Below the pieces are notes generated by a model, which worked only from the letters and a program-made list of their open reading frames with translations, was not told the origin of the DNA and did not search any database. The position numbers and the translations under genes are program-made. Below are positions 63,726 through 64,000 of a stretch of DNA of 64,000 nucleotides, in pieces. Origin of the DNA: Lama guanicoe (Eukaryota); contig MU053513.1 in the NCBI GenBank assembly GCA_013239625.1, forward strand, positions 4,012,303 to 4,076,302, read 5' to 3'. Positions within the stretch are counted from its first letter, which is position 1; every line of letters starts with the position of its first letter.

Positions 63726-64000
63726 ATAGTAACATGTGGTGGGTTAACATTAAAGTTTAAACTGAACCATTGTAGAGGCAAAAGGAAAAGGGGCTGAGAC
63801 ATAAATGCTTAGCAAAAACCAAACGCATCTAAGTCCAGGATGTTGAACTGTGGAGTTAAAGAACACAGGCACGTGCGGGTGTTCACATTCTTTTGCCCTG
63901 CGGAGCCTGCATGTTGAGAGCAGCGCAGCGGAGCAGGAGGGGCAGGAGAGGCTTGAGGGTCAGATCCTATTGTTAAAGACCTAAAGTTCTAACCAAAAAA

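Noticed and set aside
1..64000. CRISPR array, operon or other novel multi-gene system
   Set aside because: Mammalian repeat-rich non-coding DNA; no repeat-spacer array, no long ORFs, no gene cluster

Overview
This is AT-rich, CpG-depleted mammalian genomic DNA. It is most likely from a camelid, judged by a tRNA-Ala-derived SINE resembling Vic-1 and by young L1 3' ends. I cannot support any intact host protein-coding gene: the ORF-track entries are L1 ORF2 remnants, repeat-derived or low-complexity frames, or chance ORFs. A large part of the window is recognisable interspersed repeat: L1 of several ages, L2, MIR, MaLR (MLT1) solo LTRs with 5-bp TSDs, hAT elements (MER3, MER5, MER58), and a degraded ERV-L gag-pro segment that the ORF track misses. 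Between these lie long repeat-poor blocks (about 2.6-9.3, 19.4-21.5, 34.6-40.7 and 54-61.9 kb) that look like cis-regulatory sequence. They contain a strong CTCF motif, two small CpG/GC-rich patches and several non-coding exon-like splice signals; an RFX X-box cluster sits near 32 kb. The window reads as a large intron or gene desert. I found no evidence for a new multi-gene biological system. Repeat subfamily names and most boundaries come from recalled consensus sequences and are approximate.
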